In this document: positions 61,703 to 64,000 of the stretch, one piece after another
How the letters are laid out: the number at the start of each line of letters is the position of its first letter
Numbering within the stretch: the first letter of the stretch is position 1
DNA from: Porphyridium purpureum
Taxonomy: Eukaryota
Assembly (NCBI GenBank): GCA_008690995.1
Contig: VRMN01000004.1
Span: 248,001-312,000, forward strand
Direction of reading: 5' to 3'
Length of the DNA stretch: 64,000 nt
Made by a program: the position numbers and the translations under genes
The notes under the pieces: generated by a model
The model's database searches: none
Told to the model about the DNA's origin: nothing
Seen by the model: the letters and a program-made list of their open reading frames with translations, nothing else

Positions 61703-62411
61703 GACTGAATGGCGTAAAGGACGGAGCCTTCTCAGCGACTACACCACCGTTGATCTAAACTGCTCGCCTTCGTCCAACTTGGGCACAGACGCCAATACAT
61801 CAGACATGCATACAGTCGTTAGCCGTTCACCCTGAGCGAGCACTTTCTAGTAAAACGAACGTGCTTTGATGTGATGCCCCATAAACCCACACGGCAGACC
61901 TGTTACACTACACGGAAGATGCACATGAAAACTTCGCCGCAGGATCACATTTCCAGCGTAGCGCGCCAAAAATGCTCAAATACAAGAACCGCACGCAAGG
62001 TGGCGCTCACACTTGACATGTCAAGACAAAGTTGAGAAGCGGAAGAGTTGGTGGTGCAGCGTGTTGCCGCTTGCGAAACGGGGTGTGGAGCGGCTTGTCG
62101 AACGGTTTGCGGCGGGCAGTGCTCGGCGGTTTGCGGCGCGCAGCGATCGGCGTTTCATGCTGTGGCTCGGGTGCGGGATGTGTTGCTGAGGAAGGTGCGG
62201 GTTGACGTACAAATACGACGATTCATCACGAGGAGTCATGTGGCGAGCCGCGAAGTCTGGGTGGCCTGCGTGTAGTCGATGACGCGACACTTTGGCGCAT
62301 TGAACGACACACGGATCGGAGACCAGCTTGTGGCATCGACGAAATATCTGCGGTGGTTGCGATTACACGTGCATATCAGCTGCGAAGAGAACTGGAAGAA
62401 CTCGCTCTCAC

Positions 62412-64000
62412 ATGGGACCAAACCCGCGCCCTCCAGGTCTGCGCGGACGCGCCGGAAAACATGTTGCTAGAAAGAAGTGTCGAGCTGGTGAACGCAATTG
62501 CGAAACCCGAATAGCACCGACGTACGCACAAACAGCAGCGATGAATACAACGACGGAAGTCGAGGAACAAGATCCATTCATAAGTCTGAAAACTGGCGCG
62601 GCAGCATCGAACACGTTCCCGGACAGTAATGTGGATGCTTATGTTACATCCATGGAAACCGTTGCGTCGTTTTTGTATGAAAGCGAAACCACCGTGATGC
62701 AGCCAACGACGACTGGCGAAGGCCTCAATGCACAGCTGCCCATTAACCCCGTCGATCGCATATGTTTTACGCCATCGGATGCGACTCAGGACATCAGCTT
62801 CGAAACAGTTTACCCGACGGCAACCACTGCGCGAATAGTATGCCCTGAATCAAAAAGCCCCACCGGGATCCGCGCAAAGACCTACTCGATGAATATTTCG
62901 ATGAATACTTCGATGACCAAGCAGACATCTAAATTGAAGAAGCGCAACGTGACACAGAAGCCGTATACCAAAGGAAGTATATGTGATCTTGACCTCGTGA
63001 GATTTTTTCGACAAGGGACGGCGCCGCTGATGCCTTTGACAATTACGGAAGAGTGTTTGGCAGCGATGGATTCATTTGCAGCGATGCGCGACCCCAAGCG
63101 CGCGGCGCCCAACCATGTCGACAATGATCATCCGATGGGAATCCGAGATACCGCTCTCAATGAGACGCGCGGTACGGACCATGGACGCAACGTTGTGGTA
63201 CCACAGACACAACAGACGAACGCATGGTATACGGATTACTACACGTCTAACACATCCCCGTCCACCAATGGCTTCGCCTTCGCGTACATTTCAAAGTGCA
63301 TGACTAAGCTGAGTTCATCGCACATCCTCGAATTGAAAGCAGCGCGTGAACGAGCTTTGACGTTGACCTACACTACGATCCGGCGATACTTATTCATCGG
63401 CGTCTCGCTTATCGCCCCGCTGGCTGGCAATGATATGCTATCACATGACTTCGCTGGACAATTGAAGGATACAGCATTTCCAGACGACGCAGGTGCTTGC
63501 GCTGACTTGACTTACGATTTCCTGAAGTCCCTCGACGCAATGAATATGTCACCAGAGCTACAAAGAAAAATCCTTGTTCGAAGCATGACACGATGTCTCA
63601 TCGGGCATCAAGCTTGGTCCGTTTTCCTGAACCCAGCGGCGTTTCCCATCAAACATATTCCGAATGCGCTCAAAGACCTGGGCGTCATCGATATCAGCGA
63701 GTTCAAGGACGTGCATTCCTGGGTATTCGTCGAACTGATCGCAACCGGATTGCGCATATACGCAGTGCTATATGCGACGATCTGCTCGCTCCAACCCATA
63801 ACGTCATGCGAAAATGACCAATCAGAGGAACGATGGACACCGGAACATTTCGAAAGCATCTTGATATCCGAATCTGCAGCGAATCGACACTTCGAACAAG
63901 CGACGTCGACTATTCTCTCGTATATGCTGTCCTGCAACCATGCTTCCAACGAACCGGCATGTTTGATTAACGAATCTCAAGTCGAAGACAGTCCGCTGCA
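62412..64000 (+). CDS. Transposon cargo protein of unknown function, 3'-truncated by the window (absent from the ORF track)
   Basis: Hand translation shows a stop-free frame from ATG 62412 to the window end (about 530 codons). Confidence 0.65.
   Translation, partial: MGPNPRPPGLRGRAGKHVARKKCRAGERNCETRIAPTYAQTAAMNTTTEVEEQDPFISLKTGAAASNTFPDSNVDAYVTSMETVASFLYESETTVMQPTTTGEGLNAQLPINPVDRICFTPSDATQDISFETVYPTATTARIVCPESKSPTGIRAKTYSMNISMNTSMTKQTSKLKKRNVTQKPYTKGSICDLDLVRFFRQGTAPLMPLTITEECLAAMDSFAAMRDPKRAAPNHVDNDHPMGIRDTALNETRGTDHGRNVVVPQTQQTNAWYTDYYTSNTSPSTNGFAFAYISKCMTKLSSSHILELKAARERALTLTYTTIRRYLFIGVSLIAPLAGNDMLSHDFAGQLKDTAFPDDAGACADLTYDFLKSLDAMNMSPELQRKILVRSMTRCLIGHQAWSVFLNPAAFPIKHIPNALKDLGVIDISEFKDVHSWVFVELIATGLRIYAVLYATICSLQPITSCENDQSEERWTPEHFESILISESAANRHFEQATSTILSYMLSCNHASNEPACLINESQVEDSPL

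Larger units (their letters stand above)
55522..64000. mobile_element. Second Plavaka/CACTA-like cargo transposon (left part; runs off the window)
   Basis: Begins CAGTCCGTGTG (cf. CAGTCTGTGTC) exactly where RNase H homology stops. Followed by GGAAAAACTC-type subterminal repeats (55550-55800), a transposase and a PWWP-like gene. Confidence 0.8.

Overview
Gene-dense, almost intron-free eukaryotic nuclear DNA with several apparently plastid-targeted proteins, most consistent with a unicellular red alga such as a Porphyridium-like species (inference). Ordinary host genes (RPLP2, acetyl-CoA synthetase, LPA3/DUF1995, CBM48-TPR, BZW/5MP, ARP4, radical SAM, GDPD, SMP-C2-PLAT, WRKY19-like zinc fingers, IWS1, WDR26) are interrupted by two nests of transposons. 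Nest 1 (about 9533-29123) has three layers. A decayed Tc3-like element is split by an 18.1-kb DNA transposon (9984-28122; 11-bp TIR CAGTCTGTGTC, 2-bp AT TSD, subterminal repeats, Plavaka/CACTA-like transposase, several cargo genes including a PWWP-like protein). That transposon in turn contains a young LTR retrotransposon (10156-15868; 348-bp LTRs identical by eye, TATCC TSD). Nest 2 (about 50600 to the window end) is the reciprocal: a related retrotransposon is cut inside RNase H at 55522 by a second CAGTC-terminated Plavaka-like element, which again carries a PWWP-like gene. Both retrotransposons have Copia domain order and a Ty5/copia-type PBS, but a Gypsy-like Gag and protease and a Myb/SANT-like domain after integrase. 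The complete copy also has non-canonical CG...TG termini. All domain calls are by eye from motifs; no database search was run.
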